A DNA stretch of 62,855 nt, counting the filler, from Hausera hauseri (Eukaryota): the NCBI GenBank assembly GCA_046269625.1. It is 11 parts of 11 records of this genome, joined end to end, with 100 filler letters (N's around TTAATTAATTAA, not from the genome) between each part and the next. Parts side by side here need not be neighbours in the genome. Positions count along the whole stretch, not along the records: positions 23,736 to 27,704 come from JBJURY010849969.1; positions 27,805 to 32,045 come from JBJURY010681107.1; positions 32,146 to 36,401 come from JBJURY010672662.1; positions 36,502 to 42,161 come from JBJURY010211189.1; 7 more parts are not named here. One strand, given 5' to 3'. This document shows positions 25,485-38,090 of this stretch, piece after piece (within the stretch, counting starts at the first letter, position 1; every line of letters starts with the position of its first letter). A program made the translations under genes and the position numbers. The notes under the pieces were generated by a model. It saw only the letters and a list, made by a program, of their open reading frames with translations. It searched no databases and was not told the origin of the DNA.

Positions 25485-26550
25485 ACGTGTATTTACATAG
25501 TGTTACCGAGCAATAGTTGTCCGACTACTCGTCCAAACAATTGGACCAATAAATACGTTGTGGATTGGGACAATCTGTTAGATTTATCCGTCCGATGGGA
25601 GGTTGCACTGACGGAATTTAACTTTCCCTATGCAACGGTGACATTGAAAGGTGGAGTGAAAATAACGTACAACAAGACTGTTACTGAAACGAAATCACAA
25701 TCCTGTCGTCTGACAATTAATAATAATACACTGACTGTCGGAAACCCTTCCATTTGCACGACAGATATAAATAATAATGTACAAGAAGGTATAATCTGTG
25801 TTTATATTCTACAGGAAAAAGTACAGTTTGATTTAAAAAGCGAATTTACTGAAGCTTCGAGTCTATTGAAATGGCGCAAAAATTTAGACTCAAAACTGCA
25901 GAACTCAAAGGTAAGGTTGTTTCTGGTGATTACGAAGTGCACCAAGACTCAGTCCAGTATTTTGCGACACATCGGTGAAATTTGCTCTTACTGGACAAAG
26001 GGTGTGGACATTAGATATATCAATTGGCGATAACGTCTATTGTGAATCAGTAACAGATCTCTGTCGACACTTTTCGCTTAACAGGTACAAAGATATATTG
26101 AAGGCTTTCACGTCAGATACAAATGGCTACATCGCAATCTAATTGAATAAGGATGTGATTGAAATTTCCTTGGGTAAAGTTTTGGCCATGGTATTGGAAT
26201 TTGATTAACATCGGTATGAGGCGAATACGAAGGTACATGTTGCAACATCTAAACCAAAGCTTAAAAACTCACTACGTCAGATGTACATTTACACGAACGG
26301 CACCGAACGGATTCTGGTGGGTGAGGTACGTGTGCCGCTACTCCGTTAAATTTGTCAGGAAAGTAACAGATATACTTCTGGAGATAATGTCACTGTCAAA
26401 CTTGATAATCCAATGTATTTACCTGTGGCAACTACATCTATAATCAATGTTGAAGTGAATATCAGATGTGACGCGGGCTACTTTATTGAATTTCCATACG
26501 GTACCACAACCACTCTAACTCGTCATTTCCGTCGAAACCAACATGATTGA
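25485..26550 (+). pseudogene. Polinton minor capsid (penton-like) paralog 2
   Basis: LPSNSCPTTRPNN..LDLSVRWEVALTEFNFP; C-terminal MYIYTN..LVGEVRVPLLR..NPMYLPV..IEFPYG..HFRR. Confidence 0.85.
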
Positions 26551-26942
26551 TTCTGAAATTGTTTCCATTTACAGTAAACCCCAGCAAGGTGGTGAACTGC
26601 CACATTTCGTTGGTAAACAGTTTGGCTCTGGATGGTTGCGTACATTAGCATGTTTAGCATTTCCAGCGTACTGGAGCCGTGGCAGCAAAAACAGCACAGG
26701 ACGTACTATATGAAAACAAATCTATTTTACCATCACTGAAGGAACACGCCTTGTCTGAAATAAAAAGCGCTGCACCGAGAGTCGTTGACTCGGTCAAAAA
26801 ACTATTCGCTGGCAGTGGCTTGATGATGAGAAAACAAAAACGTAGAGCATCATCGAGCTCATCAGCTATAAACAAACGTCGTCGTCGTACCATTTTCGAT
26901 GGATTGATTGACAGACAGACAAATGGCATGTGCAAAATCTGA
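26543..26942 (+). pseudogene. Polinton core-like protein with QQGG/GSG protease-type sites and Arg-rich tail
   Basis: MIDSEIVSIYSKPQQGGELPHFVGKQFGSGWLRTL..AGSG..KRRRRTIFD; one frameshift. Confidence 0.75.
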
Positions 26943-27704
26943 ATTACGTATATTTGACAAACCCGCACCACAAGTTGTTATTGAAAATACGGCATTTGAA
27001 GAAATCTACTCCGTTGATTCGGTTTCAACGGACGATAACATTAACATTCAATTAAACATTATGGCATCGTACAATGAATATCTGGATTTGAACGATATGC
27101 TACTCTATGCAAAAGTCATTGTTAAAAAGGACGCGTCAGCGGTTCTCGCTGCAACAGACACTGTTACATCGGCCAATTACTTTTTCCTTATACTGTTTCA
27201 GGAGGCTTCACTGACTCTAAACAGAGTCAAAATTGAAGAAAACACCAGTCTATACAGTATCAAAGCACTCATTGAAACGGCTCTGAATTACAGCGCAGAC
27301 ACGAAAACGACTTATTTGGCGAAAATCATCGGAACGATGCCACAGCGGCAAATTGTCAGGCATGGGTGGCAGAATCAAAACCGCTTACAATGTGTGGACT
27401 GCTGTACTTTGACTTTTTCAATCAGCGGAAATACCTAATACCCGGTGTTAAAGCTGTGATTCGGCTCAAACAAAGCGACAGTGTCTTTTGTTTGAAAACC
27501 GCCGTTGAAAATCTTAAAGCCATACTGAAAATACCGGAGGCACGATTATACCTACGTCGTGTAAAGGTAGAACCATCCGTGCTCATGGGACATCGATTGG
27601 GCTTGGAAACGCAAAATGCCTGTTACTCGATACAACGCACAGAACTCGTGTTTTACACCATACCCAAAGGTTCAACTACGTTTTACAAAGATGCACTGTT
27701 TGGC
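26923..27704 (+). pseudogene. Polinton major capsid protein (double jelly-roll, PY), N-terminal part
   Basis: MACAKSELRIFDKPAPQVVI..EYLDLNDMLLYAKV..DFFNQRKYLIPGV..IPEARLYLRRVKV; runs into a gap. Confidence 0.88.
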
Positions 27705-27804
27705 NNNNNNNNNNNNNNNNNNNNNNNNNNNNNNNNNNNNNNNNNNNNTTAATTAATTAANNNNNNNNNNNNNNNNNNNNNNNNNNNNNNNNNNNNNNNN
27801 NNNN

Positions 27805-28430
27805 TCACTATCGGCGATAGCAAAACAGGACGAAGTAACAATAAAAGATACCGTGCTAAAGACTTGGATTCTCAAATTCGGAGCACCGAAAGAGATACAC
27901 ACAAATTGCGGAAAAGCATTTGAATCTAAGGTATTTAGAGATATGACGGCGTCAATGGACATCAAAATGTGCTATTCGAGCGCGTATCATCACAACACCA
28001 TTGGCATAGTGGAAAGGCAATTCCGGACAACTAGGGAGTATATTGGTGCTACTCTCCACCATCGACTACGAACAGATTGGGAGGAGATACTACTAGAGAT
28101 AGAATTGACACTGAATGCGACAGTTCAGAAAACAACAGGGAAGCGCCCAGCAGAAATAATGTTTGGAAGAAAGATACACATGGAAAGATGGCATGGACAG
28201 GATAAACCAATGGAATCAACAAAGAGCAACGACTCAGTAAGGATACCAGTAAAAAGGGTATTCCAGGTCGGAGAAAGCGTACTAATACAGAGGGAATCAG
28301 GAGCAAAAGATAAGGCAAATATGAAGGGCAATACGAAGTCATTGAGAGAAAACATGACTGACGATATGTACTGCAACACGCGGACGTCAGAATGCTGGAA
28401 CGAAACGTGGAGAAACTGCGAAAATTCTTA
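27805..28430 (+). pseudogene. Ty3/gypsy integrase C-terminal part (TGTGAG-LTR family)
   Basis: WILKFGAPKEIHTNCGKAFES..SAYHHNTIGIVERQFRT; paralog at 54880-55717. Confidence 0.9.
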
Positions 28431-28441
28431 AAGGAAGGGGA

Positions 28442-28623
28442 TGTGAGGAGGAATTGAAACGGATATTAACGTTTAAATTTAATTGAAAGGTAATTGAGTA
28501 AACAGCCAACAGAAAGTCAAGAAATTCAAAAAAGAAGGAAAATAAGGCTCATTTCCAGAATGAAGGAGATAAATGCTATATAAACTTTTATAATAAATAT
28601 CTTATAAATAAATCAATCTTACA
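28442..28623 (+). repeat. 3' LTR (TGTGAG...CTTACA) preceded by a polypurine tract
   Basis: PPT AAAGGAAGGGGA at 28430-28441; TATATAAA and AATAAA inside. Confidence 0.8.
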
Positions 28624-29497
28624 ATCATCAAGTGATGTTGAGGTCGGGATGGTAGAGATGCGGTCTACTCACAAGGGGAAACCAGCCAATCGTGTCTAAT
28701 GACCGTCCTTATCACTTCATTGTAACAAATCCTGCTCTTTGATTATATAATCACCAAATTTTAATCCAGATGGTAACTCGCTGCATACTCGTTCCATCTC
28801 CGTTTAATTTCACGAGAGTTTACTTGTGAATTAAGAAAAGCAATTTGGAACTGATCGTATGTCGCTTTGGCGGGTCGATTAAGTTCTCACAGCTTTCGTA
28901 GAAATATTGATTAAAACAACATGATTTACAGCAATCAGCGGCCTAGAGTTTAATTTTAATAATATTCTTTCCACTTAATGTTCGTATACAATAATTTAAA
29001 ATAACAACTCAATCAATTTACCAAAACTTTCTTCCTCCTGTCGTTCGAAGTTGTTCGTACTTGGTTCAGCCAATCGTTGAAATATGTGTCAAATAAAGTC
29101 GTATAGGTTATTCTTTTAATATCTTGTTAGGACTTCTTTGAATAGTCGATGTGTTAATTTCACTGTATGTTTATGTTGGTTATTATTGTGTTGTGTTTTT
29201 GCTTGGATCCTAGTATTTATAGTATTTCTTTCTTATCTAGTCGCATTATCTAATTTCGCTGTCAATTTTCTTATTCGTTGCCCTAGGTTTTTTACTTTGC
29301 CACTCGGAATTTTTTATCGATTTTGATAAAGTTAAGTGGGTATTTTTATGTTGACTGTTGTGGGGTAACTGATTTCTAAATTTCTACTTGACAGTTCAAG
29401 ATAATTTTGTTATTCGAAGGATGATTCGGTGATGGCTTTTATGGAACGCCCTTAATAATTATAAACATTTTGGCAGTGTTGAATAAACACTGCCAAT

Positions 29498-29976
29498 TAT
29501 TAGATCTTGGACTTCTCTAAGAGGGAAAAATTTTTATTTCATTCGGCATTTGGATTAAATAAAAATATTCACAGGTTTGAGACTAAAATATGAAAGTTAT
29601 TAATGTATTAAATTTGTTCAACTCAAATGTTTGATTTTAATTAATTATTAATTATTAATTAGACTCTCTGGTTAACAATCATGTACACAAACAGGCATGG
29701 TTGAGATACTTATCAGGGGTTTAACAATAATACAAAGACAAGACAGTTGTATATATACAAGGTTTATTAATTATCGCAATAATATGCACATAGTCGTAGT
29801 CTTTTAGCATTGAATTGATCATATAATTGTATAATGTCATAGTCTTTATAGTTTATATTGGGATAACAAACTAATTTTCAATGTTCGGATCATGTATTTT
29901 GGAATTGAATTGTCTGTGGTATATGTTGGTTAACAATTGGATTAGCTAGGGTATATGTTGGTTAACAACTCTAACA
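29498..29976 (-). repeat. 5' LTR of the TGTTAG family, followed by a PBS-like TGGCAGTG
   Basis: Reverse complement starts TGTTAGAGTTGTTAACCAACATATACC (motif duplicated), ends about CTAATA, then TTGGCAGTG. Confidence 0.5.
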
Positions 29977-32045
29977 AGTATATCAAAGAGTATAGAGGGT
30001 TCAAGAAGAAGGGGTCACGGAGATATATCGATGGATAAAAGGACACAAAGTAGGGAAATTTATGAAAACGGAAAATTTCCAGGAAGTATCCTTCAACGAA
30101 ATAGAGGAAAGTGGGACCGATACGCAGATCTTCACGCTAGAAGAATTGTATGTCGAACAGAAGTTTAATGGACGACCAGGAATCAAATTAAAGATACAAG
30201 CAGATGGGAAGATTGCTTATTGAACACAGGGACCAGGGTAAACCTCATAAACCAGAAGACAGTGGATAAACTTACAAACACACACAGAGAAATCAGATAC
30301 CACACTACGATGTGCGAACAATAGCCCTCAGGTTGTCTGGGCACACTGACAACAGACGAAGAAATCAATGGTCTAAGGAGACGTGTAACATTCATGGTAA
30401 TGTCGGAATTACGCCCAGAAATAATAGGTGGTGTGGACCTGAAAAAGGCATTCGGAATAGAACTGGGGTGGAAACGCAAGGAAACGGAGATATTACAGCA
30501 AGATATATTCAGCCTGGAAGCCAAGTTCGGCTGTAAGGTGAGTAACCAAGAACGAGTCAACAGGGCGAAGGAAACTCTTCAGGTGAGTGACAACAAAGAG
30601 CTACTCAACATTATACAGAAATACCCAGAGTTATTCATGGCCGACAAGTAGGATATAGGGTGAACATCTCTCATCAAACACCGAACAGACACGACAGGAG
30701 CGCCAATTAATATGAAACCTCAAAGGCAACCAGTAAACATAGAAAAAAAGATCGACGAGACCATCAGAAACCTATGGGAAAACGAAATTATCAAGCCATG
30801 TAACTCAGCATATAATACACCAATGATATGCGTATGGAAGAAAGACAATAACGATGTCAAAATATGCCTGGATTTCAGACAGCTGAATCTTATAACGGAA
30901 CGGTAGGCTTTCCCCATGCCTAAAGTGGTAGAGATATTGGACAGATTATACGGGACCAAGTTTTTCACGTCAATCGATATATGGAATGCATACTACCAAG
31001 TAGAGTTATAGGAAGACTCCAAATTGAAGACGGCGTTTTTAACCAAATTAGGACAGTTCTGTTTCAACAGGATGTCATTCGGAATAACAACAGCTCCGGG
31101 CACCTTCCAAGAACTAATGAATAAAGTACTAGTGGCCATTGAACAAACAATGGTATACATAGATGATATACTAATCTTCTCTAAGACTGTAGAAGAGCAT
31201 TATAGGATACTAGAAAAGATATTGCAGCGGATCACCAAAGCCGGTCTCAGAATAAACCCAGGGAAATGTCACATACTCACGAAAGAAGTAAATTTTTAAG
31301 ACGCATAGTGAATGACAAGGGGATACAGACAGATCCTTCAAAACTGAAAGCAATTAAGTCCTTTGAGAAACCAAAATATGTGAAGAATTTGAGAAGCTCC
31401 TTAGGGATCTGCAACTATTACACAGGATTTATCCAAGGTTATGCAGCAAAGGACAAGACATTGGAGCAACTATGCGGATTGAATAACAAGAAACTAATCT
31501 GAACCGAGCAATGTAATGAAACTTTCGAGTCAATGAAAAGAGCCTTAGCCACACCGCCAATACTAGGTTTCTCTGACTTCAACAGAGAATTTATACTTGA
31601 TACGGACCCAAGCTTCGACACAGTTGGTGTGGTACTGTCACAGAAAGATAGCTTGGGGCGCGAGAGAGTGATTGCATACGTATCACATGCAGTGAACAAC
31701 CATGAAAAAGGTTTTTGTATAACTCGGAAGGAACAACTGGCCATGTATTATTTCTGTCAACATTTCAATAATTACCTATACGGGAAACGCTTCACATTAA
31801 GAGCGGACCACAAGGCAATAATATTCATGGTAAAGACAAAATACCTATAACCACCAAATTTCAGACGTGGATCAACTACCTATCCAGTCTAGACATCAAC
31901 TTGGAGTAGAGAAAAGGCACAGATCATTCGAACGCAGATATGCTATCTTGCACGAGATGTGAAACATGCAACCAATGTCTACAGCATGCAGAAACGCAAG
32001 ACTCGAAGGACAAAGTCGTAGAAACAGCAGAAACATACCAGTACC
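29977..32045 (+). pseudogene. pol: Ty3/gypsy gag end-PR-RT-RNase H, decayed
   Basis: CLLNTGTRVNLI, VKICLDFRQLN, FNRMSFGITTAPGTFQ, YIDD, FILDTDPSFD, RADHKAI. Confidence 0.92.
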
Positions 32046-33447
32046 NNNNNNNNNNNNNNNNNNNNNNNNNNNNNNNNNNNNNNNNNNNNTTAATTAATTA
32101 ANNNNNNNNNNNNNNNNNNNNNNNNNNNNNNNNNNNNNNNNNNNNATAAACTCTGAGCGAAAACTTAGAAATAAACTTCGCCGCCACCCAACTTCAACCG
32201 ATTATACCGGAAGTAAACACGGTAGATATATTATTTTTAGGGGATGCAGCGGTTCCCTGAATGGTTCCCTTACAAAAAGATATCTTCTGAAAATCTGTGT
32301 TTTGCAGAAAGGGAGTGTTCCTTGTGAGAATTTGTGAAAGTAAGCAAGTCAAAGTTCATGTGCCGTCATTTGCCGATTACCAACAATGGTAATCAACCTC
32401 CTTCACCATCCACAACCCCATTTAGACATTGCCGTATCCGCTGGACTGTTGCTAATGAACGAGGCCAGTTTCGTCATTTCTGACGTCAGCAAACGGAAAC
32501 GTGAGTTTGCGTACGTCACGTGTTTGTTGTTATTTGCGTATTTCAGTGTTCTCTCTCGGTGGGCTGGGGCTGTTCGTTTTGTTTTTCAGTGTGATAATTT
32601 CCATATTCCGGATCAAATATCAAGGATATCCGTACAGACTCTTGTTCTGATGGGCTCATAGTTGTGTTTTCGTAATTAAATATTCCTGTACTGTTGTACT
32701 CACTTGCGTACGTTCTCGCTCTGTCCTTCATTCGTTGTCCATCGTACCAATTTGGTAGTCTCCCTTTTCCACTTTTACTTCCTAGTCGAATAAATGTTCA
32801 AATTGCTTTGCCTGCTTTTCAAATAATCATTTGTCTTTACGATCTTTAAAATTCGTCTGTTGTTTACTTGAATATGGTTTATTATACCTGTTGTTTTCCC
32901 ACTTTCCCACTTCTATCATGGATATCGTATGTGACAAATAATTGACAGTGGAAACATGCCTGACAAAGTTTGTATTTATCTATTCACACAACCGCATCAT
33001 AAACTGTCGTATTAGAATTGCTAATTTTCACACTGTCGAAATATGTTAAACTGTGAAAAAGGATTAGCTCTAAAATTTGCTCTTCTTTTTCACAATGTAC
33101 CATATTTTGATGGGCTGAAAATTAACAAATCTAATAAGGTAGTTGTGTGAATAAATTTTGATTAAAAAAAAATCTCCATTTTTATACTACGAAATCGAAT
33201 TTCCAGTATTCATGGATTATCTTTGATAAATTTCCAAGTTTTATGCAATCCTCTTTCTTTAAATGGTATTTAAATGACTTTGCTAATTGAATTTTGAAAA
33301 TTGACCTTACAGTTATTGTACACAATTACCCCAAAACAAAACACCAATTTTTACTACAATTCATGATGTTCAAGTAACCTTATCATATTCCTTAATTTGT
33401 CCCTTTCCCCTTTGTACATAGATAATGTCATCAGGATTTCATATCTA

Positions 33448-34730
33448 CAGTCAGAAGAGGCAATAAAAATTTCACGGATTCTGTGTCTGTCAACCAATAC
33501 GTCATTCAAATTTTGCCGAATTTTTATTGCATGTAGTTAAAATATGGTATGCACACATACACGTCATTTTGGAAATGGTATCAAATCTCCATATATGTTA
33601 CACAAGATATTTACATCACTGAAATATCAACAGCACATTCAATTTGTAGAAAAAGTTATTGGTATAGAGTAAAATATTGATACACCACGACTTTGATCAG
33701 GCCTTCTGTCGCGCCATCTATTGAATGCGTAAATTCTCTTTGTTAATACACGTGGCCGTACTTCCATTGCTTTAGTCTGTAGTTTATTGTATTTTAATCG
33801 ATCTTTTGTAGTCATTCTGTGCTTTTAAATTAATTACTACTAAGATTTTCTCACTAGTGCAAGAAATGAATATGTTGAATGCTTGTTTAGTGAAAAGGGT
33901 GCTTTTTGTAAACATATGCTATTTTTTATTTGTATCGTCTAAAATCAGCCCTTTTAATACTTTGTGCCTTAAATAAATGACCTTGGAAAAAGTATATTGC
34001 ATTAGTTGTGACGAATAGTCCCTACAGAAAATTGAGTCTGTAACAACGTTGTATGTCGGTTGCCAAGGTTGAAGAAGGAAATTCGTACAGAAAAGTAGGC
34101 GAATAACTTAAAAATAACTTCAAGACTATGACAGCCATCATGGCGAAACATAGGGCCACTAATTCAGTTGCTGATCTTCCACGTCTAGCTACACCAAGGA
34201 AGACGACACCGAGACAAGGTCGGTTACTTGTTCGCATGTGTGTGCAGCCAGAAAGCCTTTGCCGACGCTTTCTCCTATGTGAGCTCGGTTGTCATTTGCT
34301 CTCTAACACAAGGAGTAGAATGCTGAACAATGGAAATCTGTCCACTTCAGTGATGAGACTTTATTTCTGGTGACCTGTGGGTTAAAAAGGGCAATAGTAA
34401 ATCGGCGGACGAGGGGGAAGTACAGACCAAATTGTATTATACCTACTGTTAAGCACGGTCGGGTTCCGTAATGGTATGGAGCTGCATGTCTTGTGCTTGG
34501 CTAAGCCAGTTGTATCATTGTACAGATACAATGAATCAACACCAGTACATTCAAGTACTTAGGAATCATACGCGTTCTGGCAGGGGGAATGAGTTTTGTT
34601 TCCAGCATGACAGTGCTCCTTGTCGTAAGGCAAGACTGATGACAGAATGCTTAGAGTACCTGGATGTTGAGACTTTGGACTGGCCTGCCCAAGTGCAAAT
34701 ATTAATCCCATAGAACATTTGTGGGAAATC
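33448..34730 (+). mobile_element. Tc1-like element, left end plus decayed transposase (about 33978-34730)
   Basis: TA+CAGTC terminus; DLPRLATPRKTT, SDET, PTVKHG, VMVWSCMS, FQHDSAPC, DWPAQ, NPIE. Confidence 0.85.
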
Positions 34731-34734
34731 ATCT

Positions 34735-35307
34735 GAGTGGAAATTTTCCGGTGAAAACAGTTCCAGAAAGATGCGATCTGGGACGTCGCACCGGTAATCG
34801 TTGATGTTCACAGTTTTCTGGGACCACAGGGTCCTCATCAATTACTCCGACTACAGCGACGTGTTGGAGACATGCAGATGCAATCGCCGAAAGATGAGAG
34901 GATGTCAACTGTGGTTGTTGCAGGATAATACACCAGTCTACAAACATGGTCAAACCATGGAAGTCATCGAAGTTTCAGCTCCTCAGTCATCCTCCCTACA
35001 GTTCTGATCTTGCGCAAACCGAATTCTACCTCTTCCGTCACCTTAAGAGGCATTTGCGAGGCGCAATCTTTGACAATCCAGATGAGCTGAGGGACAAAGT
35101 GGTCACTTTCTTTGGTGAACGGTCCAAAATTTCGTACAAGGATGCGTTTCTTGAATTAGTTGCACATTGGAAGAAGTGCATAGAGAAGAGTGGCACTTAT
35201 GTTGAAAAACAATGCGTCCATACTCTGGTTATTATTATGTTAAAATATCATGTTTGTTGTCTGTTGCTTTCTGGTCTAAACCGGGTACTTATTGAACGTA
35301 CCACGTA
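34735..35307 (+). mobile_element. Mariner (DD34D-type) transposase 3' fragment plus right TIR
   Basis: MFTVFWD, LLQDNTPVY, HPPYSSDLAQTEFYLF, WKKCIEKSGTYVEK; TIR CCGGGTACTTATTGAACGTACCACG+TA at 35281-35307. Confidence 0.88.
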
Positions 35308-35321
35308 TCATATAATTTATG

Positions 35322-36401
35322 AGTAGTGTGTAAATGGGGCGTTTCGGTCCCACCCTCAGGGTGGGGATGTGCGAATCGATTTTGTACATGTGCCAATCGA
35401 TAGTGCACATGGAGCACTATCGATCCGTAGAATGCCTAGTAACGGTACCTTTAGGCAACGTTGCTCAGGGCACCTTTGCACATTTGACAAATCGATCGCT
35501 GCACAGTGAAGTATTGATCGAATCGATCGGGACAAAGTTCCAGTCTATAGTGCACATCGAGGCGCATCGATTGGATTTTCGATATTTTTAAAATCGATCA
35601 TTAGGGTTCGGGATTAGCACTCGGCACCGGGTAAAATCGGTAGCGCACATGATGCGCTATGTGAATGTGCAGATAGAATTTAAATTGATTGATTGGTTTT
35701 CGAGTAATTGCCAAGTGGGACGAAACCGCCACAGCTTTATGCGCTATAAATTTTAAATCAATAATATCAATATGGCACATACTGGCAGGTGCAGTACTTG
35801 ATGTACTTTTGATCAGTGCAATACTCGAGTGAGGTGTGTTCTTGGATACAGTTGTCAGGACACTTTTCTACTTTGCACACTTTTGCAGTTGTGCAGCGTA
35901 GGATTGATGGAATTGATCAGGGTCAAGTGCTAATGGATAGAGCACATCGAGATTCACCTTTTATATGTGGTGTACAGTGCAGAAACATGTGTGAAAGTGC
36001 AAAAATCAATAATATCGAATTTCCGATATTTCCAATATTGCTGATTAGGACATGTGCCTGTGCATTCGAATACAAACATGGTGTAGTATATGAATGTGCA
36101 GTTAGAGTTTAAATTTATCGATTAGTTATTGATTAATATCGATCCAAAGTGAAAAATGGCCATACTTTCAATAGGTTTTTTAAGCCCTAAGGAAGCAAAA
36201 TTCGATATAACATTGAGCGGGGACAGATAGTAAATCGACTATGACGAACTAGAATCTCGAGTCTTTAATTCGAAGATTTTTGAGCTCGAATATCGAAGTT
36301 TGAACTATTCGAAAAATCTAACAGCGGTACCTTTAGGCAACGTTGCTCAGGGCACCTTTGCACATTTGACAAATCGATCGCTGCACAGTGAAGTATTGAT
36401 C
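35322..36401 (+). repeat. Probable Polinton terminal inverted repeat (AGTAG terminus)
   Basis: Begins AGTAGTGTG..CGGTCCCACCC; reverse-complement homologous to about 45400-46049, which also ends in AGTAG and lies next to pPolB. Confidence 0.65.
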
Positions 36402-36501
36402 NNNNNNNNNNNNNNNNNNNNNNNNNNNNNNNNNNNNNNNNNNNNTTAATTAATTAANNNNNNNNNNNNNNNNNNNNNNNNNNNNNNNNNNNNNNNNNNN
36501 N

Positions 36502-37145
36502 CCATCCGTCATCCTTTTCTCCATAGTTTACGGCCAATATCCGGGTATTTCGGCAATCTGGGACTAATCTGTAAGATTCCCCATTTTGCTCTATTTCGTC
36601 TTTAGATGGTTTCTGTACATATAATAATGGGGGTAGCGGCTTCATCATTTCTGTTCGCCATGTCATTTTGATCATGATTTTAGTCGGCAGGTCTGCAATC
36701 CTGAGTTCCAGAGCATAATTCATAAGCCTATAGCAACATAGCTCATAAGTGCTAAATTTCCACTGTTGTCCCTTTTGTGTGCTCCGGGATTGTCCTACAA
36801 TCCTGTACTGAATTTCTCCATAAGCGACATGTACGTACAATTGCTGATGTGTTGGCTCATATGGGATTAGATCTTTTAATAGGTATGCTCGTACATCCTT
36901 TGGACTTCGCATGGCGTATAATCGGACCAATCTATTCTCTTCCAAACCCCATTTTAGTCCGTTCGGTATTTTACTCTTTTGGTTGAATTCTAGATAATTC
37001 TGGCTTTTCAAATTTTCTCCAGTTTGTCGGTATAGGTTTTTGGATAATGGCTTGAGGACAGTAATGTACTGCTGCAAGAAATTATCCATATCGAAATTGG
37101 GACTGACTGATGAATTCTTCGCCTTCTCGGTCATACTTACTCTGC
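36502..37145 (-). CDS. Orphan accessory ORF behind a splice acceptor
   Basis: Open for more than 200 aa (MTEKAKNSS...) up to the gap; preceded by TTTTATTTTTATTTCAG. Confidence 0.5.
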
Positions 37146-37239
37146 TGAAATAAAAATAAAAATTAATCCTAAGACAGATCATCGTTTTGAAACAAAACAT
37201 TTTCTCTATCTGAAGATAGAATAACCCGATCTGTAGTTG

Positions 37240-38079
37240 TCAAATTATGCTATCATAAGGTCCGTCTCGGTGCCCATTTACCCATTTATCTCCTTTATGA
37301 TTTTTACAGCGTTTATTACATTTTTCGGGAACTAGAAAAATCATCGCTTTTATTATGACAAGAACAAAAATTGACAAACTGAATATAGTTATTATCGGTA
37401 AATTACTCGCCTCAATAGAACTTTCCGTGGTGAACACATTTTGAGTACTGATATCTTTATATGGCATTACTTCAACTTTATTGCCAAGAGTTCGTACTGT
37501 GAAAGTTTTAGGATTCTTACCCTTTGAGATAATTCTGATTATATAGTCATGTTGCGGTTGTAATGACCTACATTCAGCTTCTTGACTATTCTTTTTCAGG
37601 ATCATGACTTGGTTGGTGTGCAAAGTACGACATTCGATCTTAACGTCTTGACTAAGTGTCTATTCCGCGTAAAATACAATTTTATCGCTTTTCGCCAAAA
37701 TCTTAACTGGCATGCTTCCGGGCTTTTCGCCCGAAGTGACTATCGTAGTAAGGAGAATTATACTTGGAATTGTAAATGGTGTACTTGTAATGCTTGGAAG
37801 AGGAAGGTCCCATATTTCAATTCTCGGGCGATGTCCACACAAATAAGTGCTTGCATCTCCGGGGTACGTATTGTACAAATCGAATTGCAACTGATACTTT
37901 TGCCTTAGTTGTATTACATACCACGTAGTGCGTCGGTGTCTGGCCAGAAAACAATATTTCGGAATAGGAATGGAAGCATTCAATGGTATAAATCGGACAG
38001 AAATTTGTCTGTCTCCAGGCAGTTCTATCTTAGTTTCAATTCGCATGCATTGATTCTTCAAATCCTTGTAAATTCCCAT
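37240..38079 (-). pseudogene. Ig-like + FN3-like type I membrane protein
   Basis: Same frame with one TAG at 37660; DASTYLC (Ig DxxxYxC), Thr-rich linker, SLQPQHDYIIRI (FN3 LxPxxxY), TM LPIITIFSLSIFVLVIIKAMIFLV. Confidence 0.6.
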
Positions 38080-38090
38080 AATGTTATAAT

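Larger units (their letters stand above)
23736..27704 (+). mobile_element. Polinton/Maverick morphogenesis module: INT - mCP - mCP - core - MCP
   Basis: Gene order and motifs given in the component features. Confidence 0.9.

Noticed and set aside
30200-30250. Protease catalytic Asp replaced by Asn here (LLNTG) and at about 53920 (MLNSG)
   Set aside because: Single G-to-A changes in heavily decayed copies; no evidence of function
36325-36401. Exact duplicate of 35443-35519
   Set aside because: Lies at a contig end; likely an assembly artefact or collapsed repeat
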